A DNA stretch of 64,000 nt from Fidelibacterota bacterium (GCA_024278595.1 JAJRSW010000039.1:12594-76593); one strand, 5' to 3'; positions 1 to 11,596 are shown, numbered from the stretch's first letter. Notes: a model not told the origin generated them from the sequence alone. Numbers and translations: made by a program.

Positions 1-5
1 GCATT

Positions 6-824
6 ATGAATTATTTAAAAATTCTGCTAGTTGCAGGGTGCCTGTTATTTGGGCCAAGACCAGCAAGCGTTTCACTTTTTGGCGCATTCGAATTTCAAGG
101 AGTCGGCTGGGCTGCTGCGGCTGCCAACATCAGAGTAGTAGGGGATGGGCATCCAGATCGATTGCTGGTAAACTCGGCCTTGTTAGGTGCTCATGCAGTC
201 CCGCGCACTGGTTTCCAGTACTCCAGGCCGTTCTCAGGACTGGATCTTCAGGCGGGTTCGGCAGTCGCTGAGTATCAAATTGGCCGTTTTCCGGTGATCA
301 GTGCCCTGAGCTATTTCGGCGATGACCAGTATTCAGAATTGATGGTGACTCTGGGCACGGCCCTTTCCCTGAGTGAGCGCTGGCGGACTGGGTTGAGCTT
401 GAACCTGTTCCAACTGAATATTGCAAAATATAACGCCCGTGGCGCTTTATCGATCAGCACCAGTATGAGCCTGGATCTGACACAAGACCTTCGCATAGGC
501 TCGATCCTTCAGCATGTCATGCAGGTGGGTTCCGCCTTGACCCTCCCTCAGCGATTTCATATGGGAGTCGCGTATGATGGAGGTTCGGTCGTTTTGCTGG
601 TGGCTGTGGAAAAGGAGGCCGCTCTGCCGCTTGAATTTTGCCTGGCCTTACAGACCTCCTCCCAGCGGAAATGGCAACTGGCTCTGGGATACCGCGATCT
701 GAGTCAGTCATTATCAGCCGGCTGGCGTCTCAGATACCGGAATATGGGGCTGCATTATTCAGCTGTACTACATCCGGACCTGCCTATCTCACACGGCTTT
801 GGACTAGAGTTGTTCTTTCAGTGA
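6..824 (+). CDS. Putative outer-membrane beta-barrel protein (PorV/PorQ-like)
   Basis: Signal peptide, amphipathic beta-strand pattern, C-terminal aromatic end (GLELFFQ); stop overlaps the next start (GTGA). Confidence 0.5.
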   Translation: MNYLKILLVAGCLLFGPRPASVSLFGAFEFQGVGWAAAAANIRVVGDGHPDRLLVNSALLGAHAVPRTGFQYSRPFSGLDLQAGSAVAEYQIGRFPVISALSYFGDDQYSELMVTLGTALSLSERWRTGLSLNLFQLNIAKYNARGALSISTSMSLDLTQDLRIGSILQHVMQVGSALTLPQRFHMGVAYDGGSVVLLVAVEKEAALPLEFCLALQTSSQRKWQLALGYRDLSQSLSAGWRLRYRNMGLHYSAVLHPDLPISHGFGLELFFQ

Positions 825-2572
825 GGGTGGTATTGATATGTCTGTTGTGCCTGACTTGCTCATGGGCGCAGGTAGAGCCGGATCGTTCTCATGATGAACT
901 GGCTGAACCGGATGAACAGGACTTTACCAATTCATTGCTCAGGCAGATTTTTGATCCAACAGATATAGAAACAGCAGATTCAGTCCGACTGCAAAATTTA
1001 GGATTTTCCCTGGAAGCTATCAGATCGATCCTGCATTGGCAGCAGAGCGGCCAAACCAAAGGTGGCTACAAACGGTTCCAGAAAACCTTAAGTGAAGCAG
1101 ATCAGCAGCTCCTGGGTGGGACCATACGGGGGAGTCAGGCAGCACCTGAAATTATATTTCGACAAAAATTGCAGTATAGTGGCTCTCTGGGTGGGTGGCG
1201 CCTGCTCCAGAAAGGACGTATCCAAAGTATCTGGGGTAACCTGGTCTTTCTGGCTGAGCAGGATCCTGGTGAGGCCCGTCTAACCGATCATGTCATTTTT
1301 ACCCTGAGCAGCCAGCGCGTGCCCTACTTGGAGAAATTGGTGTTGGGCGATTTTCATCTGACCTGGGGGAGTGGCCTCTTGTTGAAACAGAGCGGCAGTA
1401 GACTGGGGTTGACGCCCACAAGTCTGGTGAAGCGGACCAATCTCATACTCATGCCGCATTATTCAACCCGCGAACAAAATTATTTTCGCGGACTGGCTGG
1501 CCAGTGGCAAGTCCAGGGCTTTCAGGGGATGGTCTTTGTCTCAAATCGCCGGGCCTGGGGACGGCTAGACCAGGGTCTCTTTCTGGAGGACTCAGATGGG
1601 ATCCATCTCCCGGGAAAGACCTATGACAGACAAAATATTGTCACTGCCGGTATGGCCGCTGTGCTTAAATTTTCAAAATTCCGCATTTATTTGGCCTCTT
1701 TGAGTGATCTGAGCGGGGCAATTGAGGGTGAGCTGGGTTTATCCTGGCAGATCAGTCAAAATCAGTTTCTGCAGATATACACTGATGGCCCAGCCCTCAA
1801 AAACAGCCGTTCCATAGCCAACTGGGCTTATAAAACAGGTACAATGCAAGTCACTATCCAATCCAGATATTTCCCCGATATGGATACTGGCCCCAACGGA
1901 TCCGTCATTTCTCTATTGGGCTCGCGAGCATTGAGTGAAAAGAGCTGGTCCACCCGGATCCAGATCAGACCCTGGAAACCCGTATTGATCCGCTATGCTT
2001 TGGACACGGGGACAGCGGTCCAATTATTCAGGTTGTCAGATACACGGAGAGTTTTGCAGCACAAGGCGCAGGGTCAGCTAAAATATCCTGGTCGTGAGTG
2101 GCAATTGGATTGGAGCCGGAGGCGTATTGGTCCCTCGGTTCCTGCTGATATTTGGGTAGAGAGCACCAGCTATTCCACCCTTACAAAATGGGGTTTTTCC
2201 CTGACAGAAAAACTTTCCGCCCATTTGCGATACCGTCTCAATCTAAAGCTGGCGTCAGACGAACATGGACGGTCAGGTCTGATCCAACAGCGGATCCTGT
2301 ACTGGTCTCCAGCTTGGAAAGGGGCGGTTGGTTTCGTCCGGTACGCAGTTCCTGCAGCCGCTTTGAGGCTAAGCATTTATGAATCAAGCCTGGCGGAAAG
2401 CTTTGGGTTTTTTACAGCGTTCAAGGATGGTCAACGCTGGTTTCTGTATCTGAAAAATAGTTCCTACGATCAAACTGAGCTGGAATTAAGGATTTCACAA
2501 ACCCGTGATTATGGGAATCTGGAATTATCTAAACAACTGGAGTATAGTTTTCAGTTGTCCATTGTGTTGTAA
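821..2572 (+). CDS. Exported protein, helix-hairpin-helix/ComEA-associated outer-membrane family
   Basis: GTG at 821 overlaps the upstream stop and gives a signal peptide; AEQDPGE and LVLGDFHLTWGSGL motifs resemble the FCB HhH-domain OMP family. Confidence 0.5.
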   Translation: MRVVLICLLCLTCSWAQVEPDRSHDELAEPDEQDFTNSLLRQIFDPTDIETADSVRLQNLGFSLEAIRSILHWQQSGQTKGGYKRFQKTLSEADQQLLGGTIRGSQAAPEIIFRQKLQYSGSLGGWRLLQKGRIQSIWGNLVFLAEQDPGEARLTDHVIFTLSSQRVPYLEKLVLGDFHLTWGSGLLLKQSGSRLGLTPTSLVKRTNLILMPHYSTREQNYFRGLAGQWQVQGFQGMVFVSNRRAWGRLDQGLFLEDSDGIHLPGKTYDRQNIVTAGMAAVLKFSKFRIYLASLSDLSGAIEGELGLSWQISQNQFLQIYTDGPALKNSRSIANWAYKTGTMQVTIQSRYFPDMDTGPNGSVISLLGSRALSEKSWSTRIQIRPWKPVLIRYALDTGTAVQLFRLSDTRRVLQHKAQGQLKYPGREWQLDWSRRRIGPSVPADIWVESTSYSTLTKWGFSLTEKLSAHLRYRLNLKLASDEHGRSGLIQQRILYWSPAWKGAVGFVRYAVPAAALRLSIYESSLAESFGFFTAFKDGQRWFLYLKNSSYDQTELELRISQTRDYGNLELSKQLEYSFQLSIVL

Positions 2573-2599
2573 AACTCTCCCAACTACTTTCTACGCTAT

Positions 2600-4132
2600 A
2601 TGATTCGTAGTTATGCAAAAGTTCTGATCATCCTCATGCTGGTATCGCTAACTTCCTTACAGGCCCGCAGAGCTGAGTTGATCCTGCAAAAAGCCTCCAA
2701 CGAACGCTATATTCCGGCCATTCCGGTCTACGTTATCAATCAATATCAATACATTTCAATACAGGACCTGCTGGATGCCTACAAAGTATCGGCCTTTAAA
2801 AACCCGGCTGTGCGGAAGTTGGTGTTCCGGCTGGAGCGGTTGAAATTCAAAGTGACGGCGTATAATCATTACGTGATGGTAGAGGACCGAACCTTTCAAA
2901 TGGCTCACGCAGTGGTTTATTTTGATGGTGAGACCTACCTGCCCATGCTGGATTTTGTGGATATCCTAAAACGGACCGGGCTGGTCTCAGGGGACACCTT
3001 GTTGACCGGGTCAGATACTGCCGATATCCAGGATCAAAAAATTAAAGGGTACGGGGAATATTCACCCTTTGATATCGTTTCTACCAGTATTGAAGAACGC
3101 CAGAATGGAACAGTTATTCGCATCCGCACTGCCAATCGGTATGATGCCAGATCAGTTAAAGCCTGGATCAATCGTGAGGAGTGGTTGTATGTCACCTTGC
3201 CCGGTGCCAAAATAAATAAAGCCGGCATCGATCTAACCCAGATACCCCAAAACAGCACGATTCGGACGGTAACGGCGGACCAACTGGAAGGCACTGCCCA
3301 GTTAACCTTTCGATTACGCGGCACGGTGGAGGGTGTGGATGTGATCCACCGGGATTCACCGCCTGAGATCCTGCTGACGATCCGACGACCCTATGTCATT
3401 GATCAAACCCATTATCTGGATCAGGAACGCGCCAAATGGAAATTGGACAAGATTGTTCTGGATGCTGGTCATGGCGGCCACGATCCCGGAGCCCGTGGCA
3501 ACGGATTAAAAGAAAAAGATGTAACCCTGGATGTGGTTAAACGATTGGGGAAATTGATCGAGAACCGGACCGATATTGAAGTGGTATATACCCGTAAAAC
3601 GGATGTATTTATCCCCCTCTGGGAACGTACCAAGATTGCCAATGAAACCGGTGGTAAGGTTTTTTTAAGTATTCATGTAAATGCCAATAAAAATAAAAAG
3701 GCCTCTGGATTTGAGACCTATTTATTACGTCCGGGTAAGACCGATGCTGCCGTGGCCGTGGCGGAGATGGAAAATGCTGTGATCAAATTAGAAAAAAGCT
3801 CAGACCGCTACAGTAAAATGAGTGCTGAACAACTCATTCTGGCAACCATGGCTCAAAGTTCCTTTATGCAACAGAGTGAGACGCTGGCTGACCTGGTACA
3901 AAGCGAGTTTGACAAGAAATTGGTCGGGCAGAACAGGGGTGTTAAGCAAGCCGGATTTATTGTACTCATCGGTGCTTCAATGCCCAATGTGCTCATCGAG
4001 CTGGGTTTTATTTCCAATAGAAATGATGCGAAGCGGCTAAAAAAAGCAGCTTATCGTCAAAAAGCAGCCGAGGCGATTTTTCAATCACTGATGAAATATA
4101 AAACTCGCCATGAGAAATTGTTATCCCCGTGA
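2600..4132 (+). CDS. N-acetylmuramoyl-L-alanine amidase (Amidase_3)
   Basis: IVLDAGHGGHDPGA, EKDVTL, FLSIHVNA and LIELGFISN motifs; signal peptide. Confidence 0.93.
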   Translation: MIRSYAKVLIILMLVSLTSLQARRAELILQKASNERYIPAIPVYVINQYQYISIQDLLDAYKVSAFKNPAVRKLVFRLERLKFKVTAYNHYVMVEDRTFQMAHAVVYFDGETYLPMLDFVDILKRTGLVSGDTLLTGSDTADIQDQKIKGYGEYSPFDIVSTSIEERQNGTVIRIRTANRYDARSVKAWINREEWLYVTLPGAKINKAGIDLTQIPQNSTIRTVTADQLEGTAQLTFRLRGTVEGVDVIHRDSPPEILLTIRRPYVIDQTHYLDQERAKWKLDKIVLDAGHGGHDPGARGNGLKEKDVTLDVVKRLGKLIENRTDIEVVYTRKTDVFIPLWERTKIANETGGKVFLSIHVNANKNKKASGFETYLLRPGKTDAAVAVAEMENAVIKLEKSSDRYSKMSAEQLILATMAQSSFMQQSETLADLVQSEFDKKLVGQNRGVKQAGFIVLIGASMPNVLIELGFISNRNDAKRLKKAAYRQKAAEAIFQSLMKYKTRHEKLLSP

Positions 4133-4962
4133 ATGACCTGAATCCAGAACAGGCGATCGGGGTCTTCGATTCTGGCCTGGGTGGTATCTCAGTGGTGCGG
4201 GCGTTAATTGATCTGTTGCCCCATGAGCACCTGATCTATTTCGGTGATACAGCCCGAGTCCCCTATGGATCGAAATCAAAAGATACGGTCATTCGGTTCT
4301 CGCATCAAATTTCTTCATTTATGCTGGAGAAGCAGGTCAAAATGATTGTAGTGGCCTGCAACACAGCCTCAGCAGTTGCCCTTGAACGACTGCAGCAGAA
4401 TTTTGACATTCCCATCGTTGGTGTGATCGATCCTGGATCCAAGGCGGCGGTGAAGTTATCACCGAATAAGCGAATCGGAGTTATCGGGACCTCATCCACC
4501 ATCCGCTCCGGCGCCTATCGGTCAGCCATCCAAAAGCTTGATTCCGCTATTCAGGTAATTGATCAGCCCTGCCCCTTGTTGGTGCCCCTGGTGGAAGAGA
4601 ACTGGCCCAATGATGGCGTGCTAAAACAGGTCCTTCAAAGTTATCTCAAATCCTTTGAAAATAATACGCCGGATGCATTGATCCTGGGTTGCACCCATTA
4701 TCCCTATTTGAAAACTGCTATCCAGGAAGTGATTGGTGCTGATGTTCGTCTGGTAGATTCGGGTGAGGAAACTGCGGCTGAAGTGCAACGGGTTCTGGCC
4801 GAATTGGAGCTACTGAATTCCAAAAACGGTGACCCGGGCAAACACAAATTCTATGTATCAGATTTCCCCCAAAAATTTGAGGAAACTGCTGCTCGTTTTC
4901 TGGGACGCCCCCTGGAAAATCTATTCAAGGTGGAGCTGGAAGTTCTGGAAGCATATAAATAA
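4129..4962 (+). CDS. murI: Glutamate racemase
   Basis: IGVFDSGLGG, VACNTAS and LGCTHYP catalytic motifs. Confidence 0.97.
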   Translation: MNDLNPEQAIGVFDSGLGGISVVRALIDLLPHEHLIYFGDTARVPYGSKSKDTVIRFSHQISSFMLEKQVKMIVVACNTASAVALERLQQNFDIPIVGVIDPGSKAAVKLSPNKRIGVIGTSSTIRSGAYRSAIQKLDSAIQVIDQPCPLLVPLVEENWPNDGVLKQVLQSYLKSFENNTPDALILGCTHYPYLKTAIQEVIGADVRLVDSGEETAAEVQRVLAELELLNSKNGDPGKHKFYVSDFPQKFEETAARFLGRPLENLFKVELEVLEAYK

Positions 4963-4996
4963 CCAATTCGAGTTTTCTGTGATAGAAACCCAGCTT

Positions 4997-5172
4997 CGTC
5001 ATCCAGAGCGGAATCGAAGGGTAAGGTCTGCGGCATTCAGAACAAATTCTATTAAGCGTTAGCAAACCAATAAGAGTTAGCAAACCAATGAAACAAGATT
5101 TAACATAAAAATTGATTTATTTTGGTAATACCCTTCCCAATAATCTGTCCCTCAACTCCGCTCGGGATGACG
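4997..5172. repeat. MITE/REP-like element with about 24-bp imperfect terminal inverted repeats
   Basis: cgtcatccagagcggaatcgaaggg (4997-5021) pairs with ccctcaactccgctcgggatgacg (5149-5172); internal direct repeat gttagcaaaccaat x2. Confidence 0.75.
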
Positions 5173-5179
5173 ACTCAGA

Positions 5180-6457
5180 GTGAATATGCAGCAAACAAGT
5201 TTTGATTCAAAAACCATATTTGACTACATCTTTGGACTGACCTATCCTGGTGTCAAACTGGAATTATCCAGAGTCTACCAATTTATGGATTATTTGGGTC
5301 TGCCGCATGCCGATTACCCGGTCATCCATATTGCCGGGACTAATGGTAAAGGCTCCACTGCAGCCATGCTGGCGGCCATTCTTAATGCCTATGGAATTAA
5401 TACGGGTGTATTTACTTCACCGCACCTGGTTCGACCCAATGAACGGATCCGGATTGGCGAGAAGATGATCCCGGACGCTTTTATTATTGAAAAAGTGGAA
5501 TCCTGGAGATCCGAAATTGACAAACTGGGGATAACTTTTTTTGAGGTCTTGACCGCCCTGGGTATGGTCTACTTCAAAGAACAGGGTGTTGATTATGCTG
5601 TCTTTGAAACCGGATTGGGCGGACGCCTGGACGCCACCAATGTGGTTGATCCGGTTGTGAGTCTTATTACGGCGATCTCCATGGATCACGAGAATATTCT
5701 GGGGCATACCATCGAGCTGATCGCAGCCGAAAAAGCCGGGATCATCAAGACGGGCAAGCCCCTGGTGCTGGGAAAAAACTCCCTCAAGATCCAAAATATT
5801 ATGGCTACAGAGTCTGAAGCCAAAAACACAGAGTATCACTATGTTCCTGAAAAGGCCCGCATCGAGCAGGCTGATGTAAATGGTCTGTCACAACAGGTAC
5901 GAATCGGGCTGAAAGAGCAGGTCATCCATGCAAAACTACCCCTGTTGGGTTTGCATCAGGTCGAGAATTTTAGCAATGTATTGGTCACCTTGGAGTTACT
6001 GGGGCTGAAGCTGGATCAGGAAAAGATCCAATCTGGCCTGGATGGTATGCAGTGGTTGGGACGTATTCAACCCTTGCAGCAACAACCACTGGTCCTGTAT
6101 GATGTGGCTCATAATCAGGAAGGACTGGAACGGCTTCTGGAATCGCTTAATGGCGCTGGGTTGCCGGATACTATTCTGATTGCAGCCTTTAATGCCCGCA
6201 AAAACATCGCGGCGTTATTACACTCCCTGGGAAGTTGGGGTAGCCCGGTATTGTACACTTTGTTTGAGGGACATTCGGCTTTGGGGCGAAAAGAATTGCT
6301 GGAGCAGTCAATTGATCCTGAGCTGATCATAGCCGATCCTGAAGCCGCCTATACGCATGCTCTGGGACTACGAACTCATGATCAGCAGGCCATTTGTTTT
6401 TTTGGCACGCACTACCTGGCAGAAACGCTCTTTGCCTTGTTTGATGTGCCAGCTTGA
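5180..6457 (+). CDS. folC: Folylpolyglutamate synthase/dihydrofolate synthase
   Basis: HIAGTNGKGS, FTSPHL, ETGLGGRLDATN, DVAHN. Confidence 0.96.
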   Translation: MNMQQTSFDSKTIFDYIFGLTYPGVKLELSRVYQFMDYLGLPHADYPVIHIAGTNGKGSTAAMLAAILNAYGINTGVFTSPHLVRPNERIRIGEKMIPDAFIIEKVESWRSEIDKLGITFFEVLTALGMVYFKEQGVDYAVFETGLGGRLDATNVVDPVVSLITAISMDHENILGHTIELIAAEKAGIIKTGKPLVLGKNSLKIQNIMATESEAKNTEYHYVPEKARIEQADVNGLSQQVRIGLKEQVIHAKLPLLGLHQVENFSNVLVTLELLGLKLDQEKIQSGLDGMQWLGRIQPLQQQPLVLYDVAHNQEGLERLLESLNGAGLPDTILIAAFNARKNIAALLHSLGSWGSPVLYTLFEGHSALGRKELLEQSIDPELIIADPEAAYTHALGLRTHDQQAICFFGTHYLAETLFALFDVPA

Positions 6458-6690
6458 TCTACTTTTAAGGCTGATCCTGCCTTCAGAGGCTAATTCCCAC
6501 CGAAAATTGACAAAATTGGACCGACATCACATCATAATAATAAATAAGGTTTTTAATTGACAAGGTATAGGTCGGGTTTAAATTCCTGTTGTAGTTCACA
6601 AACTGATCTGCAAACTTAAACTCCCAATAACATTTTTTTCACAGCAAGAATTAATCAAAATATTAATCACACAAGAACAGGTTTAATTTA

Positions 6691-7944
6691 ATGAGTTATA
6701 GTATTAGCCAACTTCAAAAAATGAAGTTGAAAGAATTGGCGAATATTGCCCAGGAACTGGCTGTTCCAGCCATTACGGGTCAAAAGAAGATGGAGTTGGT
6801 GGAGGCCATCATAGAGGCCCAGACCGAGAGCGCCGGGATGATGTTTTCCAAAGGTGTCCTGGAGATCCTGCCAGATGGTTACGGGTTTCTGAGAGATGCT
6901 GACAACAACTACCTGGCCGGTGCCCATGACATCTATGTTTCACCGTCTCAGATCAAACGCTTTGGGTTGCGTACGGGCCAGATCGTTTGGGGCCAGGTTC
7001 GTCCCCCCAAGGACAACGAGCGCTATTTTGCTCTGCTCAAAGTAGAGGCCATCAATTACCAGGATCCCGAAGAGGGGCGTATCGTTCCCCAGTTCGACAC
7101 CCTTGTCCCATTATACGCTGACGATAAACTAACTCTGGAACGGGGACCCAAGAGCTATTCCATGCGAGTCATGGATCTCCTGAGTCCCATCGGTAAAGGC
7201 CAGCGTGGTCTGATCGTGGCTCAACCTAAAACGGGTAAAACCATTTTACTTCAGGATATTGCCAATTCCATCATTCGGAATCATCCTGATGTTACGCTTA
7301 TTGTATTGCTTATTGATGAACGTCCTGAAGAAGTAACTGATATGCGCCGGATGGTGGATGCTGAGGTCATCGCTTCCACTTTTGACGAACCGCCGGAACG
7401 CCATGTTCAGGTGGCTGATATGGTGCTGAACAAAGCCAAATGTCTGGTAGAGTTCGGCAGAGATGTGGTTATTCTGCTGGATAGTTTGACCCGTTTGGCC
7501 CGCGCTCATAATGCCGTTATTCCCCACAGTGGCAAGATCTTATCTGGTGGTATTGATTCCAACGCACTGCACCGTCCCAAGCGCTTTTTTGGAGCAGCCC
7601 GGAATGTTGAACATGGTGGGAGTTTGACCATCATGGCCACCGCCCTGATCGAAACCGGCTCACGGATGGATGATGTCATCTTTGAGGAATTCAAGGGAAC
7701 CGGTAACATGGAACTGGTTTTGGATCGTCGTCTCAGTGATCGTCGGATATATCCTGCTATTGATATCAATCGGTCCGGGACGCGTAAAGAGGAGTTATTA
7801 CTCAGTAAGGCAGAGTTATCCAGGACCTGGATCCTGCGCAAGCTGCTCAATGAGATGACTCCGGTTGAAGCCATGGAGTTTTTGCTGGAGCGCATGCAAA
7901 GATCAGGTACGAATAAGGAATTTATTCGATCTATGAACTCTTAA
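6691..7944 (+). CDS. rho: Transcription termination factor Rho
   Basis: [44 protein letters not shown]. Confidence 0.99.
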   Translation: MSYSISQLQKMKLKELANIAQELAVPAITGQKKMELVEAIIEAQTESAGMMFSKGVLEILPDGYGFLRDADNNYLAGAHDIYVSPSQIKRFGLRTGQIVWGQVRPPKDNERYFALLKVEAINYQDPEEGRIVPQFDTLVPLYADDKLTLERGPKSYSMRVMDLLSPIGKGQRGLIVAQPKTGKTILLQDIANSIIRNHPDVTLIVLLIDERPEEVTDMRRMVDAEVIASTFDEPPERHVQVADMVLNKAKCLVEFGRDVVILLDSLTRLARAHNAVIPHSGKILSGGIDSNALHRPKRFFGAARNVEHGGSLTIMATALIETGSRMDDVIFEEFKGTGNMELVLDRRLSDRRIYPAIDINRSGTRKEELLLSKAELSRTWILRKLLNEMTPVEAMEFLLERMQRSGTNKEFIRSMNS

Positions 7945-7975
7945 TATCCCCTTTATAAACAATCATTAGTACTCC

Positions 7976-8000
7976 AGAGACAGGCCTTTGACCTGTCTCT
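7976..8000. repeat. Short palindrome after rho (REP-like or terminator)
   Basis: agagacagg-cctttga-cctgtctct inverted repeat. Confidence 0.6.
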
Positions 8001-8101
8001 CCCAATAAAACAAAAATCATTATAATACACCCACCTTTCCCTTGCCAAGACTGGGGGTCCGCCGATATATTGCGCGGCTTTTTAAGGAGCTAGGAAAAGA
8101 A

Positions 8102-9289
8102 ATGACATTTGCCAAAAGAATCAACGCCTTACAACCCTCAGCCACTATGGCTGTGATCGAAGCTGCCGCTATTCTGCGCGAGCAGGGTGTGGACGTTATT
8201 TCCTTCGGTGCCGGGGAGCCAGATTTTGATACACCGGAGCACATTGTTGCCTCCGCGAATGCAGCTCTTGCCGCAGGAAAAACCCGCTATACACCTGGAT
8301 CAGGAACGGGAACTTTAAAACAGGTCATTGCTAAAAAATTAAAAGCGGACAATTCCCTCAACTATGAGAGTAATCAGATCGTGGTCTCAAATGGCGGGAA
8401 ACATTCCTTATTCAATATCATGATGACCCTCTTTGAAGAGGGGGATGAGGTTATTCTCCTGACACCGTATTGGGTAACCTACCCCGAAGTTGTTAAGCTT
8501 AGTGGGGCGGAACCGGTTTATGTTGAAACCCATGAAGATGATGGTTTTCAGATCACGCGTGAACAGCTCCTGAACGGAGTAACCGAGCAGACCCGGGGAA
8601 TGATCATCAATACCCCCTCAAATCCCAGTGGTGCCGTGCTCAACAGAGCCAGTTTACAGGCCATCGTTGATGTGGCCATCGAGCATGATCTGTGGATCAT
8701 CAGTGACGAATGTTATGAGGCCCTGGTCTATGATGGGGAACATCTCAGTCTGGCCGGGTTTGAAGGTGCGTATGAAAGAACTATCACCGTTCAGACCATG
8801 TCCAAGGCCTTTGCAATGACCGGGTGGCGGATTGGGTATGCTGCTTGTGTTCCTGAGCTGGCCAGTGCCATGGGTAAATTTCAAGGGCAGGCGACGGGTT
8901 GTCCCAACTCTATCGCACAGTATGCTTCAGAGACAGCCCTGACTGATGAACCTGTCTTTCTTGATGACTGGCGTGCACAATTCGTAGCACGTCGTAACTA
9001 TATGGTTAAGGCTTTGAATGATATGCCTGGTATGACCTGTCTCATGCCTGAAGGGGCTTTCTACGCCTTCCCGAAGGTCTCTGACCTGTTTGGGAAACGA
9101 GCAGACGATGTTGTCATTAATAATGACATGGACCTGACAAAATATTTATTGGATGTTGCCCACATTACTGTGGTTCCAGGCTCAGCTTTTGGTGCCTCAG
9201 AACATATTAGATTGTCCTATGCAACATCTTTGGACGCGATCAAAACCGGTCTGGACAGATTTGCCAGTGCCGTTGCTAAATTGACTTAA
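8102..9289 (+). CDS. aspC: PLP-dependent class I aminotransferase (aspartate aminotransferase-like)
   Basis: [25 protein letters not shown]; ATG 8102 follows a purine-rich RBS. Confidence 0.9.
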   Translation: MTFAKRINALQPSATMAVIEAAAILREQGVDVISFGAGEPDFDTPEHIVASANAALAAGKTRYTPGSGTGTLKQVIAKKLKADNSLNYESNQIVVSNGGKHSLFNIMMTLFEEGDEVILLTPYWVTYPEVVKLSGAEPVYVETHEDDGFQITREQLLNGVTEQTRGMIINTPSNPSGAVLNRASLQAIVDVAIEHDLWIISDECYEALVYDGEHLSLAGFEGAYERTITVQTMSKAFAMTGWRIGYAACVPELASAMGKFQGQATGCPNSIAQYASETALTDEPVFLDDWRAQFVARRNYMVKALNDMPGMTCLMPEGAFYAFPKVSDLFGKRADDVVINNDMDLTKYLLDVAHITVVPGSAFGASEHIRLSYATSLDAIKTGLDRFASAVAKLT

Positions 9290-9308
9290 TGAAGGGAGTT
9301 ATGATAAA

Positions 9309-9518
9309 ATGAAATCAGGAATCCATCCTAAATATGAATTGAATAAGGTGGCCTGCGCCTGTGGGAATAGTTTTGAAACATTCACCACTGTTGGTGAATT
9401 GCATCTTGAGATCTGCAATGAGTGTCATCCATATTTTACCGGAAAACAGAAATTGCTCGATACGGCTGGTCGTATTGACAAGTTCCGTAAGAAATACGGC
9501 ACAGCTAAAGCTAAATAG
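9309..9518 (+). CDS. rpmE: 50S ribosomal protein L31 (zinc-binding type)
   Basis: [29 protein letters not shown]. Confidence 0.98.
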   Translation: MKSGIHPKYELNKVACACGNSFETFTTVGELHLEICNECHPYFTGKQKLLDTAGRIDKFRKKYGTAKAK

Positions 9519-9539
9519 ATCATCACTAAAGTTGATTTG

Positions 9540-10532
9540 ATGCCAAAGCGCAAGTTTCGCATACTGCTTCAGGCATTTCTCGCGGCCCAGCAAACGATCC
9601 TGGTTGGTGGCCAAGCCATCATCGAAGGGGTCATGATGCGGGTGCCGGGAGCTTATGCTATTGCAGTTAGAAATCCCCAAGGTGAGATCATTACGCGTCG
9701 GACTGAGTTCACCTCACTGACTGAAAAGTATGCTCTGCTGAAAAAACCAGTTATTCGGGGCATGATCGCATTGTTCGAGTCCATGAAAATGGGTGTGGGC
9801 ACGCTCAATCAGTCTGCCGAGATTGCCTATGAAGAAGAGACCGATAAAGAAATGAGCTTTAAGGATAAGGCGCTTTCTTTCCTGGGGACCATTTTGGCCC
9901 TGGGAATCGGTTTGGGTCTGTTCTTTGTCACCCCTCTGTTCATCACAGGAAATCTGTTACACTTGTCTGAGACCGCTTTTACTTTTAATATCGTTTCAGG
10001 TGTCATCCGGATTGCACTGTTCCTGGCTTATTTGTGGGGCATTTCGCTCATGGATGATGTGAAGCGCCTTTTTCAGTATCATGGGGCTGAGCACAAAACC
10101 GTTTACACCTTCGAAGCTGGAAAACAGCTTGACCTGGACTCGGCCAGACCCTTTCAGACCCAGCACCCCCGCTGCGGTACCAGTTTCATTTTCATTGTAC
10201 TTTTAGCCTCAATAATCATGTTTGCCCTCATTGATAGTGTGGTAAAGTTGTTTGTGGGTGAGATGAATTTACAGATCCGGTTACTAACCCACCTGCCGCT
10301 GATCCCTCTGGTGGCCGGAGTCTCCTACGAAGTCCTGAAACTTACAGCTAAATATCGCCATATCGCCTGGGTTCGTGCTCTGGCCGCTCCAGGAATCTGG
10401 CTCCAGAATATTACTACCCGTGAGCCAGATGATGACCAGCTCACAGTTGCTCTGGAATCCTTGAAATTTGCCTTTGGCGAAGACCTGGAAAAATATCAGG
10501 GTCAAACCTATGTTGCTGAAGCTATCGACTAA
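9540..10532 (+). CDS. DUF1385 membrane protein (YqhQ-like)
   Basis: GGQAIIEGVMMR, YHGAEHK, HPRCGTSF; usual rpmE-prfA context. Confidence 0.9.
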   Translation: MPKRKFRILLQAFLAAQQTILVGGQAIIEGVMMRVPGAYAIAVRNPQGEIITRRTEFTSLTEKYALLKKPVIRGMIALFESMKMGVGTLNQSAEIAYEEETDKEMSFKDKALSFLGTILALGIGLGLFFVTPLFITGNLLHLSETAFTFNIVSGVIRIALFLAYLWGISLMDDVKRLFQYHGAEHKTVYTFEAGKQLDLDSARPFQTQHPRCGTSFIFIVLLASIIMFALIDSVVKLFVGEMNLQIRLLTHLPLIPLVAGVSYEVLKLTAKYRHIAWVRALAAPGIWLQNITTREPDDDQLTVALESLKFAFGEDLEKYQGQTYVAEAID

Positions 10533-11596
10533 TGCTGCTCGATAAACTTCCGGCATTACAGGAAAAATACACCGAACTGGAAACTCAGTTGTCTGACCCT
10601 GAGCTCATGGCCAACAATCGTAAATATGCGCAAGTGGCCCGCGAACACAATGAACTCTCCAGTGTATTGGAAGCTTTTAAACGTTACGAACTTCTGGTTG
10701 AAAATATTGAAGAAGATGAATCCATTCTCCGTGGTGATGACGATGAGCTGAAAGAGATCGTTAAGGAAGAACTGGATGGACTGTTTGAAGATCAGGTAAA
10801 GCTGGAAGACGAGCTGAAAATATTGCTGATCCCTTCTGATCCGGCTGACAACGGTGCCGCCATCCTGGAGATTAGAGCCGGTGCCGGTGGAGATGAGGCA
10901 GCCTTGTTTGCCTCAGACCTCATGCGCATGTATTTACGCTACGCTGAGAATAAAGGTTGGAAGCACGAATTCATAACACTTAACGAGATTGGTGTCGGCG
11001 GGACGAAAGAAGCCATTATTCAGATCACCGGTAATCTGGCCTACGGTACCTTGAAATTTGAGAGTGGCGTCCATCGTGTTCAGCGGGTTCCCCAAACAGA
11101 ATCCAGTGGACGGATTCATACTTCGGCCGCCACAGTGGCTGTTTTGCCTGAGGCAGAAGAAGTAGATGTTGAGATCAATACCAGCGATCTGAGGATTGAT
11201 ACCTTCCGGGCCAGCGGAGCAGGTGGTCAGCATGTCAATAAAACAGAATCAGCCATTCGTATCACTCATCTGCCCACGGGTATGGTTGTTTCCTGTCAGG
11301 ATGAATCATCCCAGCATAAGAATAAAGATAAAGCCATGAAGGTCTTGCGAGCCAGAATGCTGGCTAATGAACGGGAGAAGCAGAACAGCAAAGTGGCTGC
11401 CATGCGAAAGACCCTGGTCTCCAGCGGCGACCGCAGTGCCAAGATCCGTACCTATAATTATCCCCAGGGACGGGTAACAGACCATCGCATAAATTTGACC
11501 CTTTATCGCCTGGAAGAGATCACCAACGGAGATCTTTCGGAACTCCATGATAAACTTTTGGCCGCTGAGATGATCAACCGACTGGAGTCACTTTGA
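10532..11596 (+). CDS. prfA: Peptide chain release factor 1
   Basis: GAGGQHVN (GGQ), VPQT (PxT) RF1 anticodon loop, IRTYNYPQGRVTDHRI. Confidence 0.98.
   Translation: MLLDKLPALQEKYTELETQLSDPELMANNRKYAQVAREHNELSSVLEAFKRYELLVENIEEDESILRGDDDELKEIVKEELDGLFEDQVKLEDELKILLIPSDPADNGAAILEIRAGAGGDEAALFASDLMRMYLRYAENKGWKHEFITLNEIGVGGTKEAIIQITGNLAYGTLKFESGVHRVQRVPQTESSGRIHTSAATVAVLPEAEEVDVEINTSDLRIDTFRASGAGGQHVNKTESAIRITHLPTGMVVSCQDESSQHKNKDKAMKVLRARMLANEREKQNSKVAAMRKTLVSSGDRSAKIRTYNYPQGRVTDHRINLTLYRLEEITNGDLSELHDKLLAAEMINRLESL

Noticed and set aside
638-820. N-terminal extensions in the ORF track (638, 8042, 14207, 26192, 30520, 31465, 36807, 40490)
   Set aside because: Downstream starts give better RBS, signal peptides or stop-start coupling; the extensions overlap other genes or promoters.
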